A DNA stretch of 64,000 nt, from IMG/VR virus record IMGVR_UViG_3300042565_001021, positions 32,001 through 96,000 of that record. One strand, 5' to 3'. Source of the DNA: a virus. The notes under the pieces are model-generated. The model searched no databases. It was not told where the DNA came from and saw only the letters and a list, made by a program, of their open reading frames with translations. A program made the position numbers and the translations under genes. Shown one piece after another: positions 50,377 to 60,870 of the stretch (positions are counted from its first letter, which is position 1; each line of letters begins with the position of its first letter).

Positions 50377-50393
50377 TTGCTTTACTCCGTGTT

Positions 50394-50491
50394 GTTATTC
50401 AATAAAGCTATTATACGCTCTTTTACCAAAAAGTCAACCAAAATCTGCGAATTTTAGCCAAAAAATTAGGCCCAACTAAATCAATGACTTA
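50394..50491 (-). promoter_or_regulatory. Early promoter repeat with IHF-consensus site
   Basis: Near-identical to 13974-14026; AATCAATGACTTA at 50479-50491 (+). Confidence 0.8.
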
Positions 50492-50520
50492 GCGGACCTA
50501 ATTCTGCGTGTGAAGCGAGG

Positions 50521-50979
50521 TTACTTTGCTGATTCTGCGGCGCGAGCTTGAAGTTCAGCCATAATGTCTTCGGCGCTCTTGGTTGTGGAAGCGGACTTGG
50601 AAGCCGGCTTCTTTGCTGCGGCCTTCGCAGTAGGCTTTGCTGTAACTTTGGCCTTTGCTGCTTTTGCTTTTGGTGCTACGGCCTTCTTCTCAGTTCCGGT
50701 CTTGAGGACCTTGGTCTTTGCGGCCTTTACAACTTTTGTGCCGCTGTACTTCTCATCTGCCTCATCCAGGGCAGCTTTGTATTCCGGGCTTTGGGCCAGG
50801 TCAGTAGTAAGCAAATACTTGACTACTTCGGGCTTGTCCATCTCTGACGGTAGCTCGACTAGGTTGATGTCCGTATGCCCGTTCTTGTCCAAAATCTTAA
50901 CACGGGTCATATCATTCGCAAAACGAACTTTCACTTCACCCTTGTGCTTCGAAACACCTGCTACTTTAAATCCTGCCAT
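50521..50979 (-). CDS. Protein with a Lys/Ala-rich histone-like tail
   Basis: AGVSKHKGEVKVRFAND domain followed by KAKAAK repeats. Confidence 0.7.
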   Translation of the reverse strand: MAGFKVAGVSKHKGEVKVRFANDMTRVKILDKNGHTDINLVELPSEMDKPEVVKYLLTTDLAQSPEYKAALDEADEKYSGTKVVKAAKTKVLKTGTEKKAVAPKAKAAKAKVTAKPTAKAAAKKPASKSASTTKSAEDIMAELQARAAESAK

Positions 50980-51097
50980 TTGTGATTCTCCTTCTGTTGG
51001 TGGTTAGATACTGCTGTTTTCAAAACTTATAAAACTACTATACACGGTTTTGGATCGGATAGCAACCGAATTTTGGGGTCAATTTAACCAAAAACTT

Positions 51098-53265
51098 TCA
51101 ATTGAATCCGCCGAATGCTTTAACCGTTAGCACGACTATGATTGCTCCGAGCACCCACTTGTTAATCACAAGCATCGTTAAGAACTCGATGAAATTAACA
51201 CGCTCACCAACATGCAATTCTCTTCGACTAACTTCACTTCTCGAGTTCTTGCGTAGCGTGGTTCCTAACGACGAGTTTGGATTATCCCAAACATCTGCCA
51301 TGTGTCGGGCATCGTCGCCCCTGCTAACTAACTCCAGAGCAGCTTCAAACTTGATACCGTTTTGCTTTGCCAGATCAATTGCGCGAACTGCTTTGTTCAG
51401 GCTTGTTAGGAACAGAACCTCCTCTGCGACTTCAACCGGAAGACCTGCTCGAGTACCGTCACGCGAATCCATTACTAATGTGTTGAGGAAAGAATCGAGT
51501 TCTTGTGTTCCCCAGGTACCGCAGATCTTTGCTTGAAGGATTGGCATGCGCTCAAGCTCGGCAGTGACCAAAATCAATTCTGGGACCGTAGCTGGAACCT
51601 CGTCGAGATCAATCAGCTTGAACTCCGCAAAAGAAACTTTCTCTGGTGGAGTGTCTTTAAGACTCATTCTTTTCCGCCGAGGGATTTCCACACTTGCGAC
51701 TTTTCATACGCGATCCTGCGCTTGCGGCGTTCCCACATGTCGTACAGAGTAACTACGCCTAAGAACCCGCCGGCGCCAACTGCTGCAAAAGCAATGATAC
51801 CGAGAAAGATAACTAAGCCGACGTAGAAAGGTAGCAACACTAGCCACCAAGACCACGTCGCAATTGTCCCAATCTCAAAAATTTTACATAAGACGAAGAT
51901 AATGCCGAGCAAGCCAAGCCAGCTGCCGATTCCTACGTTAACAGTTGCTTTTTCTTCGCTCATTTAATAAATGCACCCATGATATTCGTCTTCGATGACA
52001 GCACCAGTCTTCTTACACCATGCCATCATTTGCTTGATGCTGACAAAATCTTTTCCGCAAGCAAATAGTGCTCGGTCATTGTCCCAGCTACCACAGGTGA
52101 CATGACAAACTCGGCCACCTTCGCTATATTGATCGTCAGGATCAAACCAATCGCCTGCTTGCTGTTCAGCAAACGCCTCGTCGGTCAATCTCTCAGCAGC
52201 TAGCCCATTACCATCGGTAAAGTCTGGCGGATCACTGTTGATCCATTCCCATAGCGCAGGCCCAACGAGTTTGGTATAAGTGTCTCCTTGACCTTCAAGG
52301 ACAATAAGGTAGACCGGCTTCTCTTTTTTAGCCATTTTGTTTATCCTTTGCAAGAATACAAGTGCCACGAATATAAACGCCGCCTGCCCCGCTGCGAGTA
52401 TTAGCTGTAACACCTTGCGACCAGAGGATGAACTCTATTGCCTCAATCTCGCTTTGTGTCGGTTTGCTGCGCAAAGTGACGTACCTCTTCCCAACATCTT
52501 TGCCACCACGTTGCCCCACCGGACAGTCAGTATACGAATGCGAACCTACGCGAGACATGACGCGCTTAACTGCGGCACGAAACTGCTTGGTCGTTGCGTA
52601 TGGGCGATTAAGGATATCCATTGTTTTACCTTGGAGGTTGACTGATGGAGTCTTTCTTCGTCTCAACTACAGAACAGTTAACGTAGGTGTCGCCAACTTT
52701 CGCAATGCCCACTCGAGAACAATCCTGGACGATGGTGCTGGCGCTAAAGTGCGAGCCAATGGTTGCGCCAATGACGCCGACGATGGCGATCTCCGCCGCA
52801 ATCGTAACGACGGAGATACACATGCGCTGGATTTTGTCAATGACGATTTTTGTTTTTGGCTCAGGCGGGTTTGGTAGCGCCGCGCTGGCCATTGTTGGTA
52901 GGGTGTCGCCGTCTTTATCACCCATTCTCAGTCACCCGCACTTTGAAGCCCAGGTCCTGCATTTCGTCAGCGAACGCTTGGCCAACAGCCTCGTCGTCGA
53001 AGTCTTGTTCGTCGATGATCACAGTGCCGGAATATACGAGTACAGTCATTTGTGTTTCTCCTTTTAGTTAACGTCCGTTTGCTTTTTTGAAAGCGTCAAT
53101 CCAATCTTGCGGGACGACCCATACTTGAAACTCGCTGCGCGGTACGCCCAGCACATCCATTAACCGCATCTTAAACGAACCCCAACCATGGCGATCCCAT
53201 CCTGGAATGTGCTTGACTGCGGCTACGGTTGCTCGAATGTGTTTCATGTCCGTCCTACGATTCAA
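51098..53265 (-). other. Run of small early genes (51098-, 51664-, 51964-, 52328-, 52626-, ~52930-, 53068-)
   Basis: Packed minus-strand ORFs downstream of the promoter at 53273-53300. Confidence 0.6.
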
Positions 53266-53333
53266 TAAAGCAATTATACAGCCTTTTAAAGAAAAGTCAA
53301 CCGGAATCTTAGGTTAAACCTAAGTCATTGATT
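53264..53333 (-). promoter_or_regulatory. Early promoter with IHF-consensus site
   Basis: TTGACT(53295-53300)-N16-TATAAT(53273-53278); TAAGTCATTGATT at 53321-53333. Confidence 0.78.
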
Positions 53334-54559
53334 TAATAGCGTAATCCAGCCATTTCTTCTATGTATTCGCGGAGTTCTTTGTCGATGGCTGGCTTGGCAA
53401 TGATGTTCCAAATGCGATCTTGCACTTCGTATCTCAAATCCATCGAGTCATACAGCGTATCTTTTTCTGCTATGTCTTCGAAGTCCATGTTCATGCTGCC
53501 CAACCAATCGCCTATTATAAACTGTACGTCGGTATCATCTAAGTCCTCGCCTGCTAAGAACATGTCAGAATCTAGGCCGGCTATAATCGCATCGGTTAGT
53601 CCTTGCCCGTCTCGAAGAAGTGCGTTATGTACTAGCGTAGATAACTTTCGAGGAATATGACCGTTGGATTGTTTTGCTAACGTGCGATAAATCGCATCGC
53701 TTACTTTCAACACTAAGTTCCTGTTACTAACTGACCGTAAAATTGTCTCAGCCATACTATGTTTAAGGTTCTCGAAGTCTTCGGCGAATTCTTCGGCACC
53801 AACTACAAACTCAACTACGTTGTTTGCTAATGCCTCGTTCATAAACAGATCAACCACTTGCGGGAACCTTCGTAGTAACGGGTCTAACTTAATAGGTATG
53901 TCCTGTATGTCCATAAACTGTCTGGCGCGGAAATGGAACTGGTACTTTTCTCCAGGACTAACAGGTGCCTTAGGTAAAAGGATGTATAAGTTTCCTTCCT
54001 TGTTGTAACGCTCAAACATGTTATTATTCTTTGCTGCCGTACACCAAGTTGTACCTTGCCCGTAATACTTCGCTGCTTCTACGTTCAGTATATGCAGGAT
54101 CCGTAAAGTGTCGTCGTCGAGCACTACGTTTACTTGTCCTTTATCTACTACGACATCTTGCGGTTCAGGATAAGTAGCAACGGTTTGCTCAAAGTCTTGC
54201 ATTGACCTGAACCGGTTGATATCTCTGTGCTCTGGCTTGAGTTGCTGCTTAGTCTTTAGCTTGTGGAACCGCTCTAACGCAGATGCGCCGCGTGATTCAA
54301 AGTCTTCGTACTTAGTAACGACGCCAAGTTGAGCAGCATAGGTTTTACATAACCACTGGGTGTATTCTTTGTGCGGGGTTGGATCCATTTCCTCGAAACC
54401 CCCAAGCAACCAGTTTATGTCGATTTCCGTTTTATTTAATTCGTCTTGTTGATCGTAAATTGATCGATCCTTTTTAGCAACCGCGAGAAGCTTTTCACCA
54501 AAGTTTTGTGCTGTGGTTTGACGATTGTACTCTACCAGGAATTCTACTGCTCTTACCAT
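53333..54559 (-). CDS. Putative internal virion protein with a PcfJ-like segment
   Basis: Start MVRAVEFLVE; AAKYYGQGTTWCTA...LYIL...KYQFH. Confidence 0.6.
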   Translation of the reverse strand: MVRAVEFLVEYNRQTTAQNFGEKLLAVAKKDRSIYDQQDELNKTEIDINWLLGGFEEMDPTPHKEYTQWLCKTYAAQLGVVTKYEDFESRGASALERFHKLKTKQQLKPEHRDINRFRSMQDFEQTVATYPEPQDVVVDKGQVNVVLDDDTLRILHILNVEAAKYYGQGTTWCTAAKNNNMFERYNKEGNLYILLPKAPVSPGEKYQFHFRARQFMDIQDIPIKLDPLLRRFPQVVDLFMNEALANNVVEFVVGAEEFAEDFENLKHSMAETILRSVSNRNLVLKVSDAIYRTLAKQSNGHIPRKLSTLVHNALLRDGQGLTDAIIAGLDSDMFLAGEDLDDTDVQFIIGDWLGSMNMDFEDIAEKDTLYDSMDLRYEVQDRIWNIIAKPAIDKELREYIEEMAGLRY

Positions 54560-54978
54560 CGCGCCGCTGCCTTTACAAGTTCTATACTTAGTGGTTCTAC
54601 GCTTACTATTTGATCGGGAGTTACCCAGCCTTTCTTCTTTAGCCATTTGCCTTCGTTGCTTGCTTGTGACAACGGATCTGAATCATCTACTTCCCACGTA
54701 TTTATATCGTCGTTAAACGATACGATAGAGACAATGCCCGAGCCCATCTTCTTAGCTAATTCCCATTCCCACTTTGCTGCCCAGCGTGTTGCGTCCTTCT
54801 TGGATGTCATAGCAAAGATCTCGCCAATGTTGCCATACTGGCCGCCTGCTGCTTTAACAAAATTAGTAGGGTTAGCACCAGTAATCCCTTTAGCTTGGAT
54901 TTTTGAAACTGTTACAGTTCTAGTAACGTGATACAAAGTTGCCCCGGTTGATTCAGTTATAAACTCTTTAGCTTTCAT
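54553..54978 (-). CDS. Putative internal virion protein, ADP-ribosyltransferase-like fold
   Basis: MKAKEFITE; LYHVT...IQAKGI...IFA...VTPDQI. Confidence 0.55.
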   Translation of the reverse strand: MKAKEFITESTGATLYHVTRTVTVSKIQAKGITGANPTNFVKAAGGQYGNIGEIFAMTSKKDATRWAAKWEWELAKKMGSGIVSIVSFNDDINTWEVDDSDPLSQASNEGKWLKKKGWVTPDQIVSVEPLSIELVKAAARW

Positions 54979-55829
54979 TACCATCCTCCCGGCGGCTCTG
55001 CAGGCAACCCTGCCCCTTTAAGGTCAGAAGCAGAAACTTTTGCTCCACCAGGTGGTGAAACCGGTTTTGGTTCTTTAACTCCGTTCTTCGAATCTACAAA
55101 TCGTTTCCATAAGCTCTTCTCTATTGCTATACACTTCCCACTAAACCATACCTCGTTTTTCATAGGGTGGTTTAAAGCAAAAGACTTGATAGTTTTAATT
55201 TGCATGCCTGTCCTGTCAGGAGCCATGCCTCTGTTTAAGACATCAATGAAATCCTCTGACCCAACTTTTCCGTTTGACAGATACCGTAACTCTTTTTCTA
55301 CTCTTGGCATCTTTACTGCTTTGACAAACTCAGCGTATGAAGTGTCGGGTAAGTACAGATAGTTTCTACACATGTCAGCGATGCCTTCAAACGTGGTGTG
55401 AATGTTAGGTTCAAACTCTGGCAAATGCGCCTTCACTTCCCATATGTCTTTCTCTGGACAAATGCCTATCCTTGTTCCGTTGAACGGAAATAAAGCATAT
55501 AAAGATCCACCAAATGCGTTAGCATACGTCCGATCACTTGTAGCAATTAAGCTCTTGCTACGCTTTGGCCAAAGTGCGTAATTAGGACTATTGTCCATCA
55601 ATAGCGTATAGTGATTAGAAGTGTTCTGTGACTTGCGCTCGCTGTTTGTTGTATCAATGAACACTAACGGTTCTTGGTGGTCTTTCATTGAACGCCAGAT
55701 CGGATTCTCTAACATAGGCAGAGCTTCTGTACAGTGAGCGTTCAGCAGCTCCATAGCCTTCTCTAGCTGAAGGTTCTCAGCCTGGTATGGGGTAACCGCG
55801 GCTTCAACAGTAAATTCTTTTGCTCTCAT
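54978..55829 (-). CDS. Putative internal virion protein, ART-like; paralogue of 61280-61972
   Basis: MRAKEFTVE; IWRS...RSKSLIATS...FG...NEVW. Confidence 0.55.
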   Translation of the reverse strand: MRAKEFTVEAAVTPYQAENLQLEKAMELLNAHCTEALPMLENPIWRSMKDHQEPLVFIDTTNSERKSQNTSNHYTLLMDNSPNYALWPKRSKSLIATSDRTYANAFGGSLYALFPFNGTRIGICPEKDIWEVKAHLPEFEPNIHTTFEGIADMCRNYLYLPDTSYAEFVKAVKMPRVEKELRYLSNGKVGSEDFIDVLNRGMAPDRTGMQIKTIKSFALNHPMKNEVWFSGKCIAIEKSLWKRFVDSKNGVKEPKPVSPPGGAKVSASDLKGAGLPAEPPGGW

Positions 55830-55831
55830 GA

Positions 55832-56461
55832 TTACTCGAATGTCACCCAAGGATCGGCAGCTATTATAGTCCCGTCTGCTCTCATTAACCAATTCTCAGA
55901 ATGTAGGTCAAGAATGATTTCTGTTAGGTTATGCGCATCAGCATACACTTGCGCAGCTTTATAAAGAAATGTTGTTGCTTCTAATATTCCGCTTACGGTG
56001 TTTGCACCAGTAAGCTTACTGTCAAGTAATACCTGTTCTAATCTATTAGATTCGTAACCTAAACCGTGTCCTTCGCACTTGACTGAGTTGGCGACATCCC
56101 ATAATACATTTGCGAGATAGTCGTTGTTAAGAGGATACAATCGTTCAATTCTGATTTGTAACACTTCCTCTGCGTCTACGTCTATACCATGTATAACCGG
56201 AAAATGTTTACTTTTGTACCCGTGGTCTACACAGAAGTGCACAAATGCCAAAGATGCTTTATGAACTCCTTTATCGGAGCCACCGAACCCGCCGCCTACG
56301 ACTTTAACGACAGTATCAGGGTCAGAAAAATGATTCCACACTGTGGCTGTGTATCCTTTGCCAACTTGGTTCCATCCAGACTGCTTACGAATTTCATCGT
56401 TAACGAATCCTGGGTCAAGCTCGTTTAGCTGTTCGTTCTCGAATAGTTCAGTTAGAAACAT
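55832..56461 (-). CDS. Putative internal virion protein, protein-kinase-like fold
   Basis: MFLTELFE; VGKGYTATVW, VVKV, DLHSENWL, AADP. Confidence 0.75.
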   Translation of the reverse strand: MFLTELFENEQLNELDPGFVNDEIRKQSGWNQVGKGYTATVWNHFSDPDTVVKVVGGGFGGSDKGVHKASLAFVHFCVDHGYKSKHFPVIHGIDVDAEEVLQIRIERLYPLNNDYLANVLWDVANSVKCEGHGLGYESNRLEQVLLDSKLTGANTVSGILEATTFLYKAAQVYADAHNLTEIILDLHSENWLMRADGTIIAADPWVTFE

Positions 56462-56468
56462 AATATTC

Positions 56469-57017
56469 TCATAATGTGAACAGTGGACCTTGGATAAACC
56501 AGGTCTCTGTCCTTTCTTTAATCATTCCGTTGCGTAAAGCTTCGATGACGTCGGGTGTAAAGTCTCGATTCCGCCAACCTGATATTATCAGATGTGTTTC
56601 GACCGGAGCGTTACCTTCGAGCTCTAACTGGGCATTCATTCGGTGTCTACCTTCGTGCCCAGTTACCCAAGCCGGGAGAATAAACTTTCCGTTCTCCCAT
56701 TCTTCGTCTACGCTTATGTATAGTGTTGGTGCGCCGAAGCTTCCTCCGGTTCGAGCATGATTTTTCATTTTTTCAATGCTGCTTCTTGCTGAGTCGTCAA
56801 CGGTCAAGTTGCTTGCTAAATTTAAGAACTTGCTTGGCTTCATCATCACCCGCAGGCCCATGTAATCGATTTCTTGGTTGTTAGGCGTCTGGCCCCAACC
56901 TGATTGGTTATCAATGTTTAGCTCAGTAATTCTTGTCAACTCTTCAGACAACACCTTATCGACTTCTTTCTGAAGAATATCAAATACCGTTTCGTTAATG
57001 AATTCTTGTGCTCTCAT
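56469..57017 (-). CDS. Putative internal virion protein, ParB/Srx-like motif
   Basis: MRAQEFINE; GAPTL...GHEGRHR. Confidence 0.55.
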   Translation of the reverse strand: MRAQEFINETVFDILQKEVDKVLSEELTRITELNIDNQSGWGQTPNNQEIDYMGLRVMMKPSKFLNLASNLTVDDSARSSIEKMKNHARTGGSFGAPTLYISVDEEWENGKFILPAWVTGHEGRHRMNAQLELEGNAPVETHLIISGWRNRDFTPDVIEALRNGMIKERTETWFIQGPLFTL

Positions 57018-57868
57018 TAGTCGTTCGCTCCTGGCGCCCACATATCTCCGTTAGGCTTAAAGCTAGTGCTGTTGCTGTTCGATCCGCTCTTATCAATTCC
57101 TGGGCGGGCTCCCCTCTCGTCGCTAGAGACGACCTTGTCACCGCTAACATCGCTGCTCCGTTCGTCTCGTTCGTCTGAGTAAAAATATCCTTGCTCGTCA
57201 CTGAATACCTGATCTGCTTCGGAATACCACGGGTCAGCAGCTATGATAGTTCCGTTTGGCCTCATTAACCAGTTGCCGCCGTGCAAATCTATCCAGCCTT
57301 CGTTTATATTGTGAGCTTCCAAATAAACTGGTAAGGCCTTGCTCAAATACTTAATAGCTTCGACTATCTCGTCGACGTTATTGTTCTCTTTCATGCCCTG
57401 TATTCCTGAATACTTCATTGCTGACAGCAATTCGATTTTCGATTTAGTTAATGCTGCGCCGCCGGTAACAGCATTAGCTAATCTGCTTAGACCGCTCCTT
57501 ACGTCACCGCTACTAATAGGAAGCAACTTCTCCATTCTGATCTGTAATACTTCGGCGTCGTCTATGTTTATTCCGTGAACGATAGGATAGTGCTTACTCG
57601 TGTGTCCGTGATCAACTAGAAAGTGAATAAACGCTAAAGTAATATTTCGATAGCCACCTTGCGCTTCGTAGTCTCCACCACCGACTACTTTAACTACGGT
57701 GTCTGGTTCTTGATAGTGTTGCCAAACTGACGCAGTAGCACCTTGTCCTAGCTTATCCCAGGCTCGTAAGTTTTTAAACTTACCTTGTGATTGCTGCTTG
57801 ATAACCTGGTTAACATAATCCGGGGCAAGTTCGGTTAGTTCAGTGTCAAATAATTCAGTTAGGAACAT
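57017..57868 (-). CDS. Putative internal virion protein, protein-kinase-like fold
   Basis: MFLTELFDTE; LGQGATASVW, VVKV, DLHGGNWL, AADP. Confidence 0.75.
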   Translation of the reverse strand: MFLTELFDTELTELAPDYVNQVIKQQSQGKFKNLRAWDKLGQGATASVWQHYQEPDTVVKVVGGGDYEAQGGYRNITLAFIHFLVDHGHTSKHYPIVHGINIDDAEVLQIRMEKLLPISSGDVRSGLSRLANAVTGGAALTKSKIELLSAMKYSGIQGMKENNNVDEIVEAIKYLSKALPVYLEAHNINEGWIDLHGGNWLMRPNGTIIAADPWYSEADQVFSDEQGYFYSDERDERSSDVSGDKVVSSDERGARPGIDKSGSNSNSTSFKPNGDMWAPGAND

Positions 57869-57877
57869 AGTTAGTAT

Positions 57878-58822
57878 TTACCTGTCGAACAATGCTGCGA
57901 TTTCTGCGGATTTCTTAGCTAACATCTCTTTAGTGTACTTTGCCTTCTCTATTGCCGCAGGGGTTTCTGCTTTGGCGAACTTACTGCTATTTATCGCTGT
58001 GTTGATTTTACCTAAGTAGATTTCTTTTACTCTCGGAATAAGTTCTTCTTTGCCTACGCTCTGTAAGATGCCTTTAATACTGTCGATCATATCGGCTACG
58101 CGGACTTCTCCGCCTACTAACCCGGGATACTGCTTAACTAACGGAGATGGTGTTCCTCCGAAAAACTTAACTATGTCAAGTGCCCAGGTCTTTGGGTTGT
58201 TAGTGACTGTCTTTAGGTCAACATCCTTAACTGTGCGGAACGGGACGAATGTGCCATTTTGGAATTTTGCTTGAACTCCGTGGCCGCCGCCGATGCTCAG
58301 ATTGAGGACTTCACCGAGCGACGAGTAAAGTGAGTTTGCTAACACACCTTTCATGTTCCACTCTGGCCGTAGTGCGTTAGTCCAGTCTTTATTCTCGTAG
58401 TAAGATGTGATTAGGTCGATCTGAACATAATCGTTTCCTATCTTTAGGATAACATTAACGCCGTTGTCTGAAGAAAAAGCAGAGGTTGAATCGCAAAACT
58501 CTTTAATAGCGTCGTTGTAGATCTTAAGGTTTGCGTTATTTGTGGTTCCTTCAATGCGTGGGATATGGAACTGGACATCAACGTCGCCATACTCTTTGTC
58601 TGGCTGTTGAACTAAGTCCCGTTCGTAGTATGTTGCGCTGCCACCCGGTGCCGATATCTCTGTTGGTCCTAATCCTTTTGTCTTTAGGAAGTTGTTCAAG
58701 GCGGGAATAAACTGAGTAGTTAATACCTTCATACATTGCTGAACGAGCCGTGGGGTAATAACTGTGTTTTGTGTTAGTGTCGATGCCCATCCACCTTCTA
58801 AAATAATTTCGTTAATTTTCAT
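57878..58822 (-). CDS. Putative internal virion protein, Pol-beta-like nucleotidyltransferase
   Basis: MKINEIILE; GGS...GDVDV...VQIDL. Confidence 0.6.
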   Translation of the reverse strand: MKINEIILEGGWASTLTQNTVITPRLVQQCMKVLTTQFIPALNNFLKTKGLGPTEISAPGGSATYYERDLVQQPDKEYGDVDVQFHIPRIEGTTNNANLKIYNDAIKEFCDSTSAFSSDNGVNVILKIGNDYVQIDLITSYYENKDWTNALRPEWNMKGVLANSLYSSLGEVLNLSIGGGHGVQAKFQNGTFVPFRTVKDVDLKTVTNNPKTWALDIVKFFGGTPSPLVKQYPGLVGGEVRVADMIDSIKGILQSVGKEELIPRVKEIYLGKINTAINSSKFAKAETPAAIEKAKYTKEMLAKKSAEIAALFDR

Positions 58823-59604
58823 AATATGTTCTTATCCCCAATAAACCAGGTTGTATTCATAAGATTTTCACTCATTTCCTTATTAGTTTTTAGATGTCGA
58901 GTCATCTTACTTTCAATGAATATTTCGCTTGGTCCTGCTTTTTCATATGCTGCTTCATTCCATTCTTTTTCTAAAGAGTTGATATCCGGGAAATCACCGG
59001 TTTGATCAGTTAATGTTAATCCTCTACCTTTAGCTAAGATAAGTTTCTTAAGCCATGTAAATCCTTCAGGAGTTAACCCTTCATTTTTTGAGATTTGTAT
59101 TTTTACTACAGCTTTAAGACGATGTGTTACGCAGCCAATTAATGCAGTAACATAACCGGGACCATTAACAAAGTTCCTAATTCCTTTTAACTCATTTCCT
59201 TTTAGTATTACTAGTGCATCAATACTGTCATCACCAATGAACGAGTAGACATCTTGATCATTTATATTACAGTGATATACATCTTTACCATCTAAACTAT
59301 TTACAATTTGAGATTTAGTAATTATTTGATTTTTCATATCTTGAGTTATATCTAATGCAGAATGGGCGTAGTCAATTTCAGTTAACCCTTCTTCGTTTGT
59401 CATCAACTTTTTAACACGCGGCTTGAATAGCTGGACATCTCCCTTATCGGTCTTTAACACTGGCTGATTGTGCTTATCCTTCTTAAAGCCTTTGATCTCG
59501 GCAGGGCTGTTCTTAAATTTACCCTTCATTACAACATCCCCGGTTTCCAATTCCGGAGGTTGGTAGGTTTCTGCACCTTCTACAATAAACTCGTTTGCTC
59601 TCAT
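58819..59604 (-). CDS. Putative internal virion protein (two-domain)
   Basis: MRANEFIVE; internal GLTE junction. Confidence 0.55.
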   Translation of the reverse strand: MRANEFIVEGAETYQPPELETGDVVMKGKFKNSPAEIKGFKKDKHNQPVLKTDKGDVQLFKPRVKKLMTNEEGLTEIDYAHSALDITQDMKNQIITKSQIVNSLDGKDVYHCNINDQDVYSFIGDDSIDALVILKGNELKGIRNFVNGPGYVTALIGCVTHRLKAVVKIQISKNEGLTPEGFTWLKKLILAKGRGLTLTDQTGDFPDINSLEKEWNEAAYEKAGPSEIFIESKMTRHLKTNKEMSENLMNTTWFIGDKNIL

Positions 59605-60011
59605 TCTTTGTTGCCACCTTTATATAGATCAGCAATACCTTTGCCAAAGTCATTTCCGTTGTATATACGCATAGACGATGGGATAATATCGTTGCCTAAC
59701 TCTTTAGCAAAGACATACATCTCTTTCGCAATACCTTGTCGGCGATACTCTGGCTTTACTTCGACGAATACTGCTTCTAAGTTGTTGTCTGTCACTTTGT
59801 ATGTTACGTTGCCTACTTTGTTGCCTTTAGCAGTGAAGGCGTCAATGTGAAAGTTTTCGCTTGTATTAATCTTCTTAGTTGGCGAATACGGTAGCGGGCC
59901 GTGGTATGCTTTAAGCATATACTTGCCGCCGAGTATCTCTTTCGTCTTTTCAAACCCGCGGCGGAATACTTGCGGGTTGATGCTGTCAGTTATGAACTCA
60001 GATGATTTCAT
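59601..60011 (-). CDS. Putative internal virion protein, GNAT acetyltransferase
   Basis: MKSSEFITD; VEVKPEYRRQGIAKEMY acetyl-CoA motif. Confidence 0.75.
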   Translation of the reverse strand: MKSSEFITDSINPQVFRRGFEKTKEILGGKYMLKAYHGPLPYSPTKKINTSENFHIDAFTAKGNKVGNVTYKVTDNNLEAVFVEVKPEYRRQGIAKEMYVFAKELGNDIIPSSMRIYNGNDFGKGIADLYKGGNKE

Positions 60012-60448
60012 TGCACTCCTTTAATTACTAATCGCCAATCACTAAATTTTAATCGCAACACAGTTAAGAACTGATCTTTATCTGACTCAGTCTGAAATAG
60101 TAAAGTGTTACTAAGCTTATCCCCACTAACTCGCTCACCGTCCGGAAATCGATATATCTGTCCTAAGTATTCAAAATAAAACATGTCAGTTTGATGATCT
60201 TGTAATACTACTGGACCAGAAAAGTGTTTCACTGATAATAATTTACCAAGAGGAATAACAAGAAAACTAACTGGAGAAACCTTTGCCCCGATCTGCGGTG
60301 TAACTTGTTGCTGTTGAGCCAAGAAACTTTGAAGAATCTTAAAATCATCATTATCCTCAAATAACTCAGGACGATCTAATAGCATAATACGGACATCCTC
60401 GTATTGCTCATCTAACACATCAATATAAGAGAACTCAGAGGATTTCAT
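60008..60448 (-). CDS. Putative internal virion protein
   Basis: MKSSEF N-terminus. Confidence 0.55.
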   Translation of the reverse strand: MKSSEFSYIDVLDEQYEDVRIMLLDRPELFEDNDDFKILQSFLAQQQQVTPQIGAKVSPVSFLVIPLGKLLSVKHFSGPVVLQDHQTDMFYFEYLGQIYRFPDGERVSGDKLSNTLLFQTESDKDQFLTVLRLKFSDWRLVIKGVQ

Positions 60449-60870
60449 ATTTGCTGTAACACCGGAATTGATGTTAACCCTAATTCAATAGCTCGTTGCA
60501 CACGGTGATTTCCGTCTATTATAAAACCATCTTTAGCTAATACCGGTGGAGTTTGAGTTAAACTTTGATAAGTAACATTTCTGGCGCGAGCCTGGTCCAT
60601 TTTAAATGGATCAGAGTTAATAATATCCGTCCCTGCTTCTTGATCGCTAAACGTTCTATATCGAGATGCTTCGTCAGAACTAATATTTGTTAATTTATAT
60701 TTGTGCTTAGAGATATACGTCCTATCACCTGCACCCAAATACATGTGCTCATCTAAATAATCTGCTACTACACTTCCGCGCACTATGTCACCAGGTTTGC
60801 CCCAAGCAAAGCCAACAACTCGCTTAATAAAGTCGATCAACCCCTCAGTTATGAATTCTGTCGACTTCAT
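60445..60870 (-). CDS. Putative internal virion protein, ParB/Srx-like domain
   Basis: MKSTEFITE; PPVL...IIDGNHRV...IPV. Confidence 0.7.
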   Translation of the reverse strand: MKSTEFITEGLIDFIKRVVGFAWGKPGDIVRGSVVADYLDEHMYLGAGDRTYISKHKYKLTNISSDEASRYRTFSDQEAGTDIINSDPFKMDQARARNVTYQSLTQTPPVLAKDGFIIDGNHRVQRAIELGLTSIPVLQQI

